DNA from: Octopus vulgaris
Lineage: Eukaryota
Assembly (NCBI GenBank): GCA_951406725.2
Contig: OX597815.1
Span: forward strand, 18,724,001-18,788,000
Reading direction: 5' to 3'
DNA length: 64,000 nucleotides
Shown: positions 27,447-40,936 of the stretch, piece by piece
How positions within the stretch are numbered: the first letter of the stretch is position 1
Layout: the number at the start of each line of letters is the position of its first letter
Position numbers and translations under genes: made by a program
The notes under the pieces: generated by a model
Databases searched by the model: none
What the model was told of the DNA's origin: nothing
What the model saw: only the letters and a program-made list of their open reading frames with translations

Positions 27447-27644
27447 TGTAAAATAATATGTGACAATTATTCGGTAGCCAAGATAAAACTCTGAGTTTCG
27501 GATGCCGAGGTGGAATTCCACAATACCATCTCTTCGGTTATCTGGCCAGATAACCGAAGAGATGGTGTTGGGGATTTCCACCTCGGCATCCGAAATTCAG
27601 AGTTTTATCTTGGCTACCGAATAATTGTCACATATTATTTTACA
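27447..27644. repeat. 198-bp loopless palindrome made of two hammerhead-like modules
   Basis: Centre TCTGG|CCAGA at 27545/27546; about 4 mismatches; (TA)n on both sides of the 27377-27644 insert. Confidence 0.9.
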
Positions 27645-28256
27645 TATATATATATATATATATATATATAGGCTGGAGTTCTGCATTATATATATCACAT
27701 GCGTCTGGTAGTACCGATGATTGTATGTTATATTTTACTGTAATATTATGAGCTTTTGAATTAGAGAAGATAAATTAATGGTTTTCTTAACAGCTGCCCT
27801 TGAGTGTGAGTCTACTATTGGAAAGTAACTGATTCTATTTCTTATTCGTCAGAGATGTTGGCATAAGTGTGCGCTTTATATTCAAGAACGACGAACAATC
27901 TTGCACTCGTTTTTCAACTATGATAACAATATATGATATTAGCTAAGAAAAAAACTATGCTTAAGATTCTGATACCTAAGTTCATCCTAAACTATATTGA
28001 TCAAACAGCATGATTTTTTTTAACGCATTCATATCAGAAGGAATTATAAAACCTCTTTTACTGATAAGGCAACTGAGAAATGCATTAACGCGTATTCACA
28101 CGCACACACATTCATAGGTGCGAGTCCGTGCTTCGATAACGTATACGTGTATCTGTGTGTGATTATGAATAAGGATATGTGTGAAACTGATTACATCCAT
28201 ACGTATGTATGTACATATGTGTTTGTGGAGTGCGTGTGAGTGTGTTCGTATGTACA

Positions 28257-28298
<42 letters not shown>

Positions 28299-29085
28299 TA
28301 TGCACACGCACAAACACTTATACGCACATATAACTGCGCATTAACCAAAAACAAACTTCATGCCCGTAGTTATAAATGTAAATAGGTTCTATTGTCATTG
28401 ACAATTCTCAAAGAAATAATAATAATTTAGTTTTCTTGCTTAATTCTATTTGCCTATTTAACTGCTGAAGCTGAAAAGAGCACATCTATTATGTTGTAAT
28501 GATCGAATTTTAGAAAGCAATTTTCTCAAATTTACTCATCAACAATAAACTTTGATATTCTATAGGTACAGAAATTTTTTTATCATAATGACATCTCATT
28601 TTTCCATTAATCGAATTATAAAAATGGGAGTATACTTCAAGGTTCTACAAAAATTCTCTTCATAGCTTCTTTCTTCTAAAAAAAATTATTTTTCCTTGCA
28701 CAAGATTTTCTATTTTCTATCCACCTGCGACTTTTGCAATGATTTATTTAGTTTCTCTATTTTGTCATTTTTGTTATTATATTCCATTTTCGTTTTGATC
28801 GTTATTATGTTTCTCTATGCTGCATGTCTCTTTTTGCCATGAAGTAGTGAAAGCCTTTATGTCTTCAAGAAGATCCATTATTCAGGTGGATTATTCTAAA
28901 AGAAAAAAAAACAGAAAAGAAAAATACTTCGAAAGAAAGGTAATAGAATGCAATGAAGATGAGTATTAGATAAGACATTTCTGTTTATTGGTTATAATGT
29001 TGGAGAGAGTGTGGCTAGAAAAAACAGCGCAATATCTTTACATCATGCACATACACACATGCATATATATGCATGCAGACATACA

Positions 29086-29139
<54 letters not shown>

Positions 29140-29140
<1 letters not shown>

Positions 29141-29335
29141 GTTAATCCAAACATGAAAACACAAAGAAAAAACATAACAACGCGAGGACGTGGAACAAGT
29201 AAAGTGCTATTGGACGCTCAGGAGAGGAAAGAAAGAAGGAGGATTTAAAGTTTCAAGCGGAGCTTTTCGTCGGAAACATAGGAAAAGGAAAGATCCAAGG
29301 AAGGGAAGACGGAGGGAAAAAATCGCCAACGATAC
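29140..29335 (-). mobile_element. PLE-type terminal module with CCGACGA hammerhead-like motif, diverged
   Basis: Homologous to 56497-56712 and 59770-59975; abuts (TA)n. Confidence 0.7.
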
Positions 29336-30649
29336 AAACACCCACCCACACACACACACACATATATATATATGTATATATGCATCTACATATTTATCGT
29401 TTCCGATTGAAATATCGGCTGAAAAAATACTTTCCTATTTTACTCAGTAAGATTTGACATACTCAATGAGAGACTTCTAAAATTTCTTTATCATCTTGGG
29501 CTCGATGCTTCTAACGATGGTAAACGTCTCTCAAATTCTAAGGTTTTCAGAAAAAGTTGAGCTAACGGTGCTTAGAAATCAACTATATTGAAATGGGTGA
29601 ATTAGCAGAATTATTTGTTTTCTCTACTACCGAAGCTCTAATCTTTCTAATCTTACGGATGGTTGTGAAGCGAACACTTCGCCAGTTAAACTCAGTGAAA
29701 TTTCAGAATTGTTTATTAACCTATAATTAGTGTTGGGAATGTAACTGTGACCAAATGATTCGTAAGATTTATGGAGTTTGAGCACAAGATGAGGCGTTTC
29801 AGGCTGTGATTGGTGTTTAGATGGAATATTTAGTTCTATTGTTTTATTGCGTGTGTCGGGTAGTGGATTGTGGTACAAGTTTTTGGCATGCTTTTGTGCT
29901 GTTCTTTGACTCCATTTAATGTTTCATGCTTTATATTCAGGAATATTCTTTGTTTTGTTTATTCATTTATAGCCAAACACGTCGGTTCACCATACTGATT
30001 AAAGCATGCTGCTTGTTTGTGCGTTCAGTTGTATGTGTACGTGTTGTATGTATATACGTGCTTGTGTGTGTGTGTTTGTGTGTGTATACAGTGACAGAGA
30101 GTGGAGAGAGCGAGAGGGAGAGCGAGTCGGAGAGAGAGGAAGGAGAAACGATGACAGAGAAGATTGAAAGTACTACAAATAACCTCTTGGAAAAGACAAA
30201 AAGTAAAATGAGCGACAGTTGAAAAGTGCATGTCTTCGTGATTACATTAAAGGTCTTGAAAACTGATGATGTAAGATATGGAGGAAGCAATCTTAGAAAA
30301 AAGTTTCGCATAAGGTTACTTCTAAGACTATTAAAATACTGATGATTTAGAAAATGTTAAAAGTAAGTTTAAATGAAAGGAGAAAAGACATTAACAATAG
30401 GATGAAATAAAAGAGTAAGGAAATAACTAAATTATAAGAAAATGACAATAAAATTCAGCCTAAGACAAACTGAGCACTAAAGAAAGCATTTGAAAATATC
30501 AAGTTGAAAGGAAAGGTTAACAGGATACTAAGCTCGAAATGATGTTAAAATCTAACCATGAGATTAAATGAAGCACAAACGTGTTAGGAGGTTAGAAGCA
30601 AAATACGTATTTCATATTATATATATATCATAATACTTAGAAGTGAATA

Positions 30650-30897
30650 TTCTTTTATTCTTTTACTTGTTTCAGTCATTTGACTGCGGCCATGCTGGGG
30701 CATCGCCTTTAGTGGAGCAAATCTACACGAGGACTTATTCCTTGTATGCCTAGGTACTTATTCTATCGGTCTCTCTTGCCGAACTGCTAAGTTACGGGGG
30801 CGTAAACACACCAGCATCAGTTGTCAAGCGATGCTGGGGGGGGGACAGACAAACACAGACACACAAACATATATACACACATATATACATAAATATT

Positions 30898-30959
<62 letters not shown>

Positions 30960-30990
30960 GACGGCCTTCTTTCAGTTTCCGACTACCAAA
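30650..30990 (-). mobile_element. Family A SINE, 5'-truncated
   Basis: Reverse complement of SINE body and tail with internal (TA)n. Confidence 0.85.
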
Positions 30991-31272
30991 TTTATTGATA
31001 AAAGTTGCCACTTTTTTCATTCTTTGCTGTACAGAGGTGTTCTGTGAATATTGATAGAAGGGGAAAATTAGGAAGTTAGCATCAAGGTTCCTAGCACACC
31101 TTTCTATGTGTTTATTGACTTGTGTCTGCCTGTATTGTGGGTGGCGGATTTGTTCTTTGTGAAGAGTGGTTCTTCGATGGAGTGGTATTCCTGTTTGGCC
31201 AATGTATTGATTACCGCACCCTAAGCAGGAAATTGCATAGATTAGGTTTTCCGAGGCATATATGTAGTTTAT
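30990..31272 (-). pseudogene. Penelope-like GIY-YIG endonuclease fragment
   Basis: NLIYAISCLGCGNQYIGQTG..LHRRTTLHKEQI...HIERC. Confidence 0.85.
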
Positions 31273-31737
31273 TTTGTATATGTGTTTTTCCCACCACCGC
31301 TTGACAACTGATATTGGTGTATTCCCTTCCGCGCATCTTAACATTTTTGAATTAGTGACCGATGTAATAAGTACCAGACAGAGATAGATTGACAGATAGG
31401 TAGATATATAGATACATACATACATACATACATAACTACATACATACATAAATACATACATACATACATAACTACATACATACAAATAGGCAAACATACA
31501 TAAATTCATGTATGTGTGTGTATGTTTACTTATATAATACGTACATACATGCATATTTACATACATACATATATGCATACCTGCCTGCCTACCTACCTAC
31601 CTACATGCATACATACATAAATACATATATACATACATATATACATACATATATACATATGTACTTACAAACATACATACATACATAAATACATACATAC
31701 ATACATACATACTTACATATATATACACACACATCAT

Positions 31738-32770
31738 ATCCCTTTGGCAACGTCTTTTAACCAGCAAGCGTCGAAGTGCATCTCTTAAGCAAGTTTCCAT
31801 ACATGATGCTGATAACATCATAAGACTTGTAAGGCAGCTCCTTGAGCAACACTTTTTGTCTGATAACTTGGAATGCCTACCCAAAGTAGTCGCGAGACTC
31901 TACTGCATCATATTACCAAATGAAAGGATGAGCCTATATGAGCAGAAGACTACGTATGAATATGTTAGTAGAAAGCTCGTGATGGTAGCAACTTCGATCA
32001 TGAATGCAGTTTATCATGGACGAATAGCCAGATTACTGTCTCCTACTTTGAAGGTTATGCGTTTATAATCCAGGATCACGAAATATCAACCAAGTAACTG
32101 ATGCACAAAGGGATAGAGGTGCTGTAAAATGTGACAACCGATGCAGACTTTGCGGAGTTTACACTCAAAATGTCACCCACATCAAAAGCAGTTGTCCAAA
32201 AATGTCATCACGGTATTATCTACCGATGAGGCATGACATTGTAGTTCGGACACTATAATGAAATCCGTCTATAATGAAAGTATAATCACGAGGGCAAAAA
32301 AATAAAAACCCACAATATTGTAGAATCCATTGCCACTCATAATGAAAAGGAATACTGGTGATATGTTCTAGCGAAGACCTCAATAAAATGTAATCACAAC
32401 CTGATATAATGATTTGGAATAGAGAAACTGTGTACGGTTGTGAAAATTAGTTACCCAGCGGATGTTAACATAAAGCTGAAGATCAGTGAAAAAGAGAAAC
32501 CTAAACCTATTGAGAAATATGTAGTTTCTCTATTCAGATTACAAGTTCATATTTATACCCGTAATTATTGGGGACCTAAGAAATGTAATACAGTGCTTAA
32601 ATACCAATCTTGAGAAATAAGCTAATTCAAAGACTACAGATCCAATCCATCACTGAAACTGTAAAAATCTGTAAAACTTTCCAGAAGTTTATCATTTAAA
32701 TATATATGAGCATGTCTAGACATGAAACTATTTGCATGAGAATATATACATAAAACATACAAATCTCCAC
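31738..32770 (+). mobile_element. R4/Dong-like RLE non-LTR retrotransposon 3' fragment, decayed
   Basis: FEGYAFIIQD, CCHC knuckle RCRLCGVYTQNVTHIKSSCP, RHD, PDIMIW endonuclease motif; embedded in (TACA)n. Confidence 0.8.
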
Positions 32771-33014
32771 ATACATACATACATACATACATACATACAT
32801 ACATACATACATACATACATACATACATACATACGTATATACACACATACATACATACATGCATGCATACATACATACATATAAAATTACCCTGTTGTTG
32901 ATGTTGAAATTCCAATGAAGGAACCTTGATTGTAGGTTAGAAAACGGTTCTTTCTCTATTGGCAAGACATTTTGAAATAAACTGAATAACTACATACATA
33001 TATACATACATAGC

Positions 33015-33441
33015 AAAGCTGTTATGTCAGTGAAGACCGTAATAGAATGTAAGGACAACAGACGTGATATAATTATTCGGGATAGCGAAGAGAAACTGTG
33101 AACATTTGTGGAAATTAGCTGCCCAGTGGAAGTTACCCAGTGGAAGATCAGTGAAAAAGAGAATACCTACGCTCAACTATTTAGAAATCTGCACTTACTC
33201 TATCGAGATTACAGGTTCAGGTTTATACCTGTAACACACTGTCTAAATACCAGTCTCGAGAAATTAGGCTTGTCAAAACCAGAAAGGAGAAAGCTAATTC
33301 GAAGACTACAAACCCAATCCATCACTGGAACTGTAAAAATCTGGAACTAAAAGGTTCATCATTTAAATATATATCAGAATGTCTAGTTATGCAACTGTAT
33401 GCATGGGAATACAAGCATGAAGCAAAACATACAAATCTGCC
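33015..33441 (+). mobile_element. Second R4/Dong-like 3' fragment
   Basis: VEISCP..KISEKENTY..FRFIPV; 3' end homologous to the first fragment; runs into (TACA)n. Confidence 0.8.
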
Positions 33442-33912
33442 CATACATACATATACATATGCATACATACATACATACATACATACATACATACATACAT
33501 ACATACATACATACATACATACATACATACATACAAGATTGTATTTCGCAATAGCTATTGGATATAATCTTAGAAATAAATAACGTAGATGAACATTATT
33601 ATATTATCAGTAATTTGTATAGAAACAGAAACGTCAATGGAAAATTAATTACAGAAACGAAAGGCATAATGATAAAGGAGGAAAAGAATATGGGAAGACG
33701 AAATACTTCTTGATTTCATTATTTTGGTAGCTCATTGCGTTTAATGAGTTTGTTCAATATCAAGGTGAGTAAAACGTGTGAAGATGAATTGGCTGCAAAT
33801 ACATTTATTTGGTATTTAATGAAAAAGGATGCTACGGTTTTGCTACTGAGCGATGTTAATACGTCATACAGTATATAGATATCTGTCTTTCAAATTTTAT
33901 ATATATATATAT

Positions 33913-34250
33913 AGGCGCAGGAGTGGCTTTGTGGTAAGTAGCTTGCTAACCAACCACATGGTTCCGGGTTCAGTCCCACTGCGTGGCATCTTGGGCAAGT
34001 GTCTTCTGCTATAGCCCCGGGCCGACCAATACCTTGTGAGTGGATTTGGTAGACGGAAACTGAAAGAAGCCTGTCGTATATATGTATATATATAAGTGTG
34101 TGTGTATATGTTTGTGTGTCTGTGTTTGTCCCCCTATAGAATAAGTACTGGGCTTACAAAGAATAAGTCCCGGGGTCGATTTGCTCGACTAAAGGCGGTG
34201 CTTCAGCATGGCCGCAGTCAAATGACTGAAACAAGTAAAAAAGTAAAAAG
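33913..34250 (+). mobile_element. Family A SINE with internal deletion
   Basis: Intact head and tail; further fragments at 34789-34930 and 48985-49130. Confidence 0.9.
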
Positions 34251-34271
34251 TAAGTATATATATATATATAT

Positions 34272-34308
<37 letters not shown>

Positions 34309-34368
34309 AAATTGGTAGACAGAAATCAATATGTTATATATCGTATAAAACATCTCTCTCTCTCCCTC

Positions 34369-34449
<81 letters not shown>

Positions 34450-35265
34450 ATGTACATATATATGTATATGTATATATGAGAAAATGTTGACTTCTATTTC
34501 AAGCTTTACTTTGCGGTGGAGGGGTTCTAAATGTCGATTCTGGTACAGATACTTCATATTACATTGGTAGCTTACTGTTGTAAGTATTTTTCGAACATGA
34601 AAATATTACAAAAGGTCTGTTATGAGCATTTAGAGAACACGAATTGTATAGAAACTCAACAATCAATTAAAGATGGAGAAGAGAAGTTGAAACTTTAAAA
34701 AAAAAATTTAATCCAGGCATACGATCGTTTCATACGATAATATTAACATGTAAATAACATGGTCAAAAATTAGAAATTAATTTAATAATAACTTAGCGGT
34801 TCGGCAAAAGAGACCGATAGAATAAGTACTGGGCTTACAAAAGAATAAGTCCCGGGGTCGAGTTGCTCGATTAAAGGCGGTGCTCCAGCATGGCCGCAGT
34901 CATATGTCTGAAACAAGTAAAAGAGTAAAGAGTAAATTAATTGCGTATTACTGTTCTCGTCAGTGCGAAAAAAGAATACACCAAAAAGGATACATCAGAA
35001 GAATGTTATATTGATACAGAAGCCAGAGGGAGCGAATAACTCATAACGTATTCGGATATACATAAAATCCTTATGAAAGGTAAAAGCATGCTAAGATAGT
35101 GTTGAGTCTAGATGTGTATGAACTATAACTGATGCGGCTAACGGTTGTTTGAAAATATAAGTCAAAAATGTTTAAGAAACATTCTTTTCATATGAAGATA
35201 AGTAATTGAGTGATATACATTCCATATAAAGCACTTATCATAAGAATTAAGATATTATATTATAT

Positions 35266-35347
<82 letters not shown>

Positions 35348-35989
35348 TGTATATATATATTTATATATATGTATATATGTATGTATGTATGTGTGTATGT
35401 ATTATGTATGTATATATATAAATAAATAGGCGTCCAATGGGAGAGCAGAGCTATATTTAAAATTCTATTTGATTTGACAGTTTTGAGAGGTATATATAAA
35501 AATAAAAATAAAATATGGTGTATATTTAAATTGTTTTGAAAAAAATACCTTGAATAAGAAATACAAATAGTTAATATAATTTTATATAAGCTACTAGATT
35601 TTGAAATGAAAAAAGATATAGGGTTGAAAGTAGGTAATTATTAGGTTAATATAATAGGGAAGAAAATGTTATTATTAGTCAAAAGTTTATAATCGTTTGT
35701 GCGAAATGTCTAGGTACAAGAAATGAAGGTTGGAGAATAGTTGTTAATATTACAGAATTTAGAAAGAAAATACATGCTGTACTTAAGATTATTGAAAAAG
35801 ATTGTACGATAATAAAGAAGTGTTTTTTAGAGGTTGAATAAAGTAACAATATAGGGGAGATAAGGCTAAGATAAATTCGTAAAAAAGATTTTTTGAAAAA
35901 TTACACGTTTCTATATTTTAATGTTTACTATATTAAATCTAAAAAAAAATACAATATGAATTGAGAATTTAGTTATGCATAAAAAAATA

Positions 35990-38852
35990 ACACCTGAACC
36001 AAGGGTACTATTTGGTTTGAGTGACATCAAACAGAAAGAAATGAATGAGTTTATAAGAAAAGCAAGTTCACCAGGGAACGATGAAGTGAGCTACAAGGTA
36101 TATAAATATTGCCCGAAATTACGTTTGCAGCTGTTTACACTGATAAGAGAAATGTGGAAGAAGAAAGATGTAGCGGAGCGATGGTGTATAGCTGAAGGTC
36201 TCTATCTACCTGAAGAGAAAGATGCAAAAACACTAGGACAATTTGGACTAATTTCATTATTAAATACAGACGGGAAAATCATGTTTAGAATTATAGCTAG
36301 ACGAATCATAAGATTCGTACAGCATAACGGGTATATTAATGAAGCAATCCCAAAATCAGGTATCCCCGGAATCCCTGGCGGCATAGAACACGTATTTGCC
36401 ATCTGGAAAGCCAACACCTGTGCAAAACAACTGAAGAAAAACCTGTACGTTGTCTGACTAGATCTTACCAATGATTATGGATCTGCTCCGCACGCAATAA
36501 TAAAAACAGCGATGGACTTCTTTTGGATTCCAAAAGATCTTCAACGAATACTCATGTTCTACCACGACAACTTGAGGATGAGATTTACAGCAGGAAAGTT
36601 CACAACGGAGTGGCAACGGCTTGAAATAGGTATTGCAGCCGGATGCACGATATCAGTCATCTTATTCGTGCTAGTCATGGAAATGTTACTTAGATCTACA
36701 AACTATGAGAAAGCTGTTACAAAGACACCATTAAGAGCTTTTATGGACGACGTTTCTATATAATCGGAAAGTAGAGAAGCAGCAGAGGGAACGTTAGAGC
36801 AGTTGAACGAACTGATAGGATGGGCAAGAATCAAATTCAAAGCCAAATAATCTCGAAGCTTGGCTTTCGTAAAAGGAGTGTAAGAAGAAGTGAAATTCAG
36901 GATTGGAGGTGAAGATATACCAACGGTGAAAGAACAACCAGTAAAGAGTCTCGGCAGATGGTATAGAGATTTATTAAATGAATAGAAGCAAAGGAAAGAA
37001 ACACACGAGTTAGTAGAACAAGGATTAAAGGCAATTGACAGAACAACGCAGCCGGGAAAACTCGAATGCTGGATACTGCAATTTGGGCTGTACCCACGAA
37101 TAATGTGGCCATTGCAAATGTAAGAAATAACCTCGAGTAGAAAGGATAGAACAAAGATGCAGTGTGTTTATCAGAAAATGGCTTGGTCTGCCGAAACTAC
37201 TGAATACAACTCCACTATACGGAAAACCCGTGCTGCAACTACTGATAACATCAATTGTTGAAGAATATAAAGCAGGAAAGGCAAGGGCAGTAATGATGAA
37301 AATGTATTCAAAAGATCAGAGCATTCGGGAAAACCCTCCAAAGGTACGAACAGGGAGGAAATGGAATGCGGAAGAGGCAGTACACAGGGCGATCGGAAAA
37401 CGAAGGCACGCCGATATAGACGGGGCGATGCAAGAAGCGAGAGCCGGCCTTGGGTAGCACAATTTCAGGCCGTTTTGCAACGAAGAGATGAAAGAGGCAG
37501 TGGTACACGAAGTGAGAAAGCAGGAAGAAAGGCGAAATGTACATTTGGTGCAGTGTAGTCAACAGGGACAATGCCTGAGATGGGAGGAATATGTGATCAG
37601 TCGCAGAATCTCATGGAAGGAAATTTGGGTTTGGGAACAAGCAAGAACGTCCTTCCTGATCAAGTCTACCTTCGACGATCTACCCTCACCGGCTAACATA
37701 GTCCAGTGGAACATAAAAACAACCGATGAATGTAGATGCGGAGAGAACGCAACGGTTAGACATGTTCTGTCGAACTACAGACTAGCACCAGAAAGGTATA
37801 CATGGCGTCATAATCAAGTCCTCGGCGTCTTAAGCGCAGCACTCAAGGAGAAGATCGAGGGATACAATAGAGGAGAGTACCCAAAAATGGAAAAGCGCAG
37901 GAAAGTATACTTCCAGAAGGAGGGGAAAAGGTATATGACCTGGCCTACAAATAAAATATACGAGATAGACGAAAGATTTAAGGGATACTGGGAGCTGGCC
38001 AAAGATTTGGAAAGGCTAGTAATATTTCACTCATGAAAACAATAAAAAGACCAGACTTAGTCCTATGGGACAGAAAACGGAGAATAGGAATTTTGCTAGA
38101 ACTGACAGTGCCATGGGAAGAGAACATCGACAATGCAGGGAAACGAAAGGAGAAGAGCTACGAAAAACTAATCGAAGAGTGCAGAGAACATGGATGGACT
38201 TTCGAGTATTACCACCTGGCAGTGGGGGCTAGGGTCTTCATTGAAAGAAAAATGATAACTTTATTAATAAGATTTTCATTTTCTAGCTCGGAACTGAGAC
38301 AACTAATAAAGAGAATACAGGAGGCGGTCGAAAAAGCCAGCTTCTATATATGGCTGAAACGGGAAGACCAAAAATGGCTTGTAAGTCATAACATGCTGGC
38401 ACGAAAATAACATCACTAGATGAGACAGGCTAACACAGAAGTAGTTTCGCTGATTGACAGGTGACGGTTTCGTTTTGAGAATGCGTGGGCTAAAACTACG
38501 CGCCCTCCATTGGTCAGTTAAAGTTGAGACAGTGTTACGTGACAACTTGCTGGGGCTGCCTGCTGGAGCCTTGCAGCAGGTATTTAAAGGGAAATTTGGC
38601 AAGACAGTCAGTCGCCTGCTGACACTCGTTGACGCTACATCGAAGAAGCCAGGGAACAAGAAAGAAGGAGAAAGAAGATATGCACTCAACAACAGAGCTG
38701 AAGACACCTCCGTAAGGGGGGAGGCGCCACGTCAAAATGGTAGTGGAGTAAGGGCCGAAACCGAACGTGGTTTCTCCTGATGATGTCTTGAGCTAAATTG
38801 ATCCTATAAAGGAGCTGTCGTGGTAGCAGACCACGAAACATGGTTGAAATTC
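35990..38852 (+). mobile_element. 5'-truncated HERO-clade non-LTR retrotransposon (RT, zinc knuckle, RLE), pseudogenised, with 3' UTR of about 440 bp
   Basis: SPGNDEVSYKVYKYCPKL, GIPGIPGGIEH, GIAAGCTISVILF, RAFMDD, YTWRHNQVL, RPDLVLW..LELTVPWEE match HERO motifs as I know them; several stops and frameshifts. Confidence 0.9.
38509..38613 (+). promoter_or_regulatory. Putative Pol II core promoter in the HERO 3' UTR
   Basis: ATTGG at 38509, TATTTAAA at 38581, Inr-like TCAGTC at 38608 (TATA at -29); TATA at -31 in the solo copy. Confidence 0.45.
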
Positions 38853-39191
38853 TTTCCTGATAAGAAAAGAACTCCTGAATTTGTTAGTGAGATCCAAGCT
38901 ATGATTGACAGCGATCCCTCAAAGTCAATCAGGTCAAGTACCAGAGACATGGAAGTTTCTGAGTTTCTTATCCATCAGGTAGTGCATGGAAGCTTTTGGT
39001 GTGGCTCATGCAAGATGAGAAAGCGCTTATTTTTATCCATCGAAGATAATAGGAAAGACCACGCTACGCAGTTTTTGAATAAAACCAAGCATCCACCCCA
39101 ACCAAACAGGGATCGGTTTTTCTCAGACGAAAAAAAGTTCTGCCAGGATCAAATGGGGAACATACGGAACAAGCATTGGCTTGCTATCTAA
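38853..39191 (+). pseudogene. Tc1/mariner-superfamily transposase fragment (maT/DD37D-like)
   Basis: HTH-like DPSKSIRSSTRDMEVS and first catalytic motif FFSDEKKFCQDQ. Confidence 0.7.
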
Positions 39192-39336
39192 TGTAGGATA
39201 AACATTTTTCGAAAAAAGTTTTTCATTAATGGCCGGCATAATAAAAAATACCTTTAAAGGTTAAATTATAAACAACTTATAAATAAGGGCAAACGAAAAA
39301 GTTAGAAATGTTTTCCTTTGCCCTTATTTATAAGTT

Positions 39337-39447
<111 letters not shown>

Positions 39448-40830
39448 TATGTATCAATATATATATATGTATATATCTGTTTGTAACTCATTATCACGTT
39501 AGTAGTTGTAATCATATTTTTAGATTTTAATTCTTTTTTTTTTACTTGTAATTATTATAATACATTCAACATGTAAATTTCCTTCTAACTTCCTAACACG
39601 GTTGTACTTCATTTAATCGCATGGTTAAATTCCAACATCATTCCGAGCTTAGTATTCTCTTAACGTTTCATTTCAACTGATGATCTCTAAAGTTAAACAT
39701 AAGTCCTTAATGTCATTCCTGGTAATGACAACCAGTGGCACCAATTCAAAGAAGAAAGGGATTCATCGTCATTGATATTTATGAAAAGAAATGAACAACG
39801 TGTGGATACAAGTGAATCCCTGCTTTGGAAATTATCCAGTTTTTCCTTCCAGAGTGGAAATTCTTTCAAAACATTGACCTATACACATTGAAAACTTATA
39901 ACTTATACCAAATAATCCCCATGTATTAAAAGCTTGTGTAAATTATTCGGTAACCTACTTCCTAAAGTAATTTTTTTATTATTGTTTATTTCTGCAAACT
40001 GCATTATACCATAGGATAATAAAATTCTAGAAACTGCATAGCATATCAGAATATGGATGAAAGTTTAATCTAAAAATATTAAACAACTATAATATGAGTA
40101 TAACATTAAAAACACTTTATATCATTAACGCAAAAATCAACTACCTTACGATGGTGATCACTAATAAATTAATTTCAAATTTCTAATCCTCATTATAGAC
40201 ATATTAACAAAATTAACTTTCCAAATTACAATTCTAATTGGATTTTCTATTTTAATTATGAATACTAAATGTGGCATTAATAGCCATAGAAACGCAGCTT
40301 GCTTCCTATTTAAAGCAGAATATGTTACAAAACTAATAACAAGTACTAATTTCCAGCAAAAGAATTTAAAGAGACTGTCAATAAAGCATAACATAAATGT
40401 ATTCACATAATTTGTAAATGTTTTGCAGTAAAAATTATGCTACCGCTGGTTCTGTGCCACATCACTGCTTGAAAAGACCTTGAAATTCTATATATCGCAA
40501 ACTGTGGGATACAGCTCTTATCCAGCTCCCCTCTCAAGTTAACGCAGTATTCGGTGTTCGAATAAAACATCCATGGACATATACTTATATACTAATACAA
40601 ACATACACAAACATGCACACACACGCACAAGCACACACATATTTATATTTATTGATTAGTTACAGGTTCCATTTGGATCTAGGCATATCTACAAAAGGGA
40701 CGACTGGCTTGGTATCATAGCATTGAGTTCACAGTAAAAAACAACCATAAGGTGTCATTTGTTGATAATATACTGCCCGTATATATATGCATGTTTATAT
40801 CCATCTATCTTTCTTTCTCTATCTATTTAT

Positions 40831-40936
<106 letters not shown>

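Noticed and set aside
30817-31578. 253-aa ORF
   Set aside because: Chance fusion of microsatellite, SINE and a GIY-YIG fragment; not a gene
38697-38850. Canonical hammerhead in the HERO 3' UTR
   Set aside because: Boxes are present but stems I and II could not be formed in type I, II or III topology
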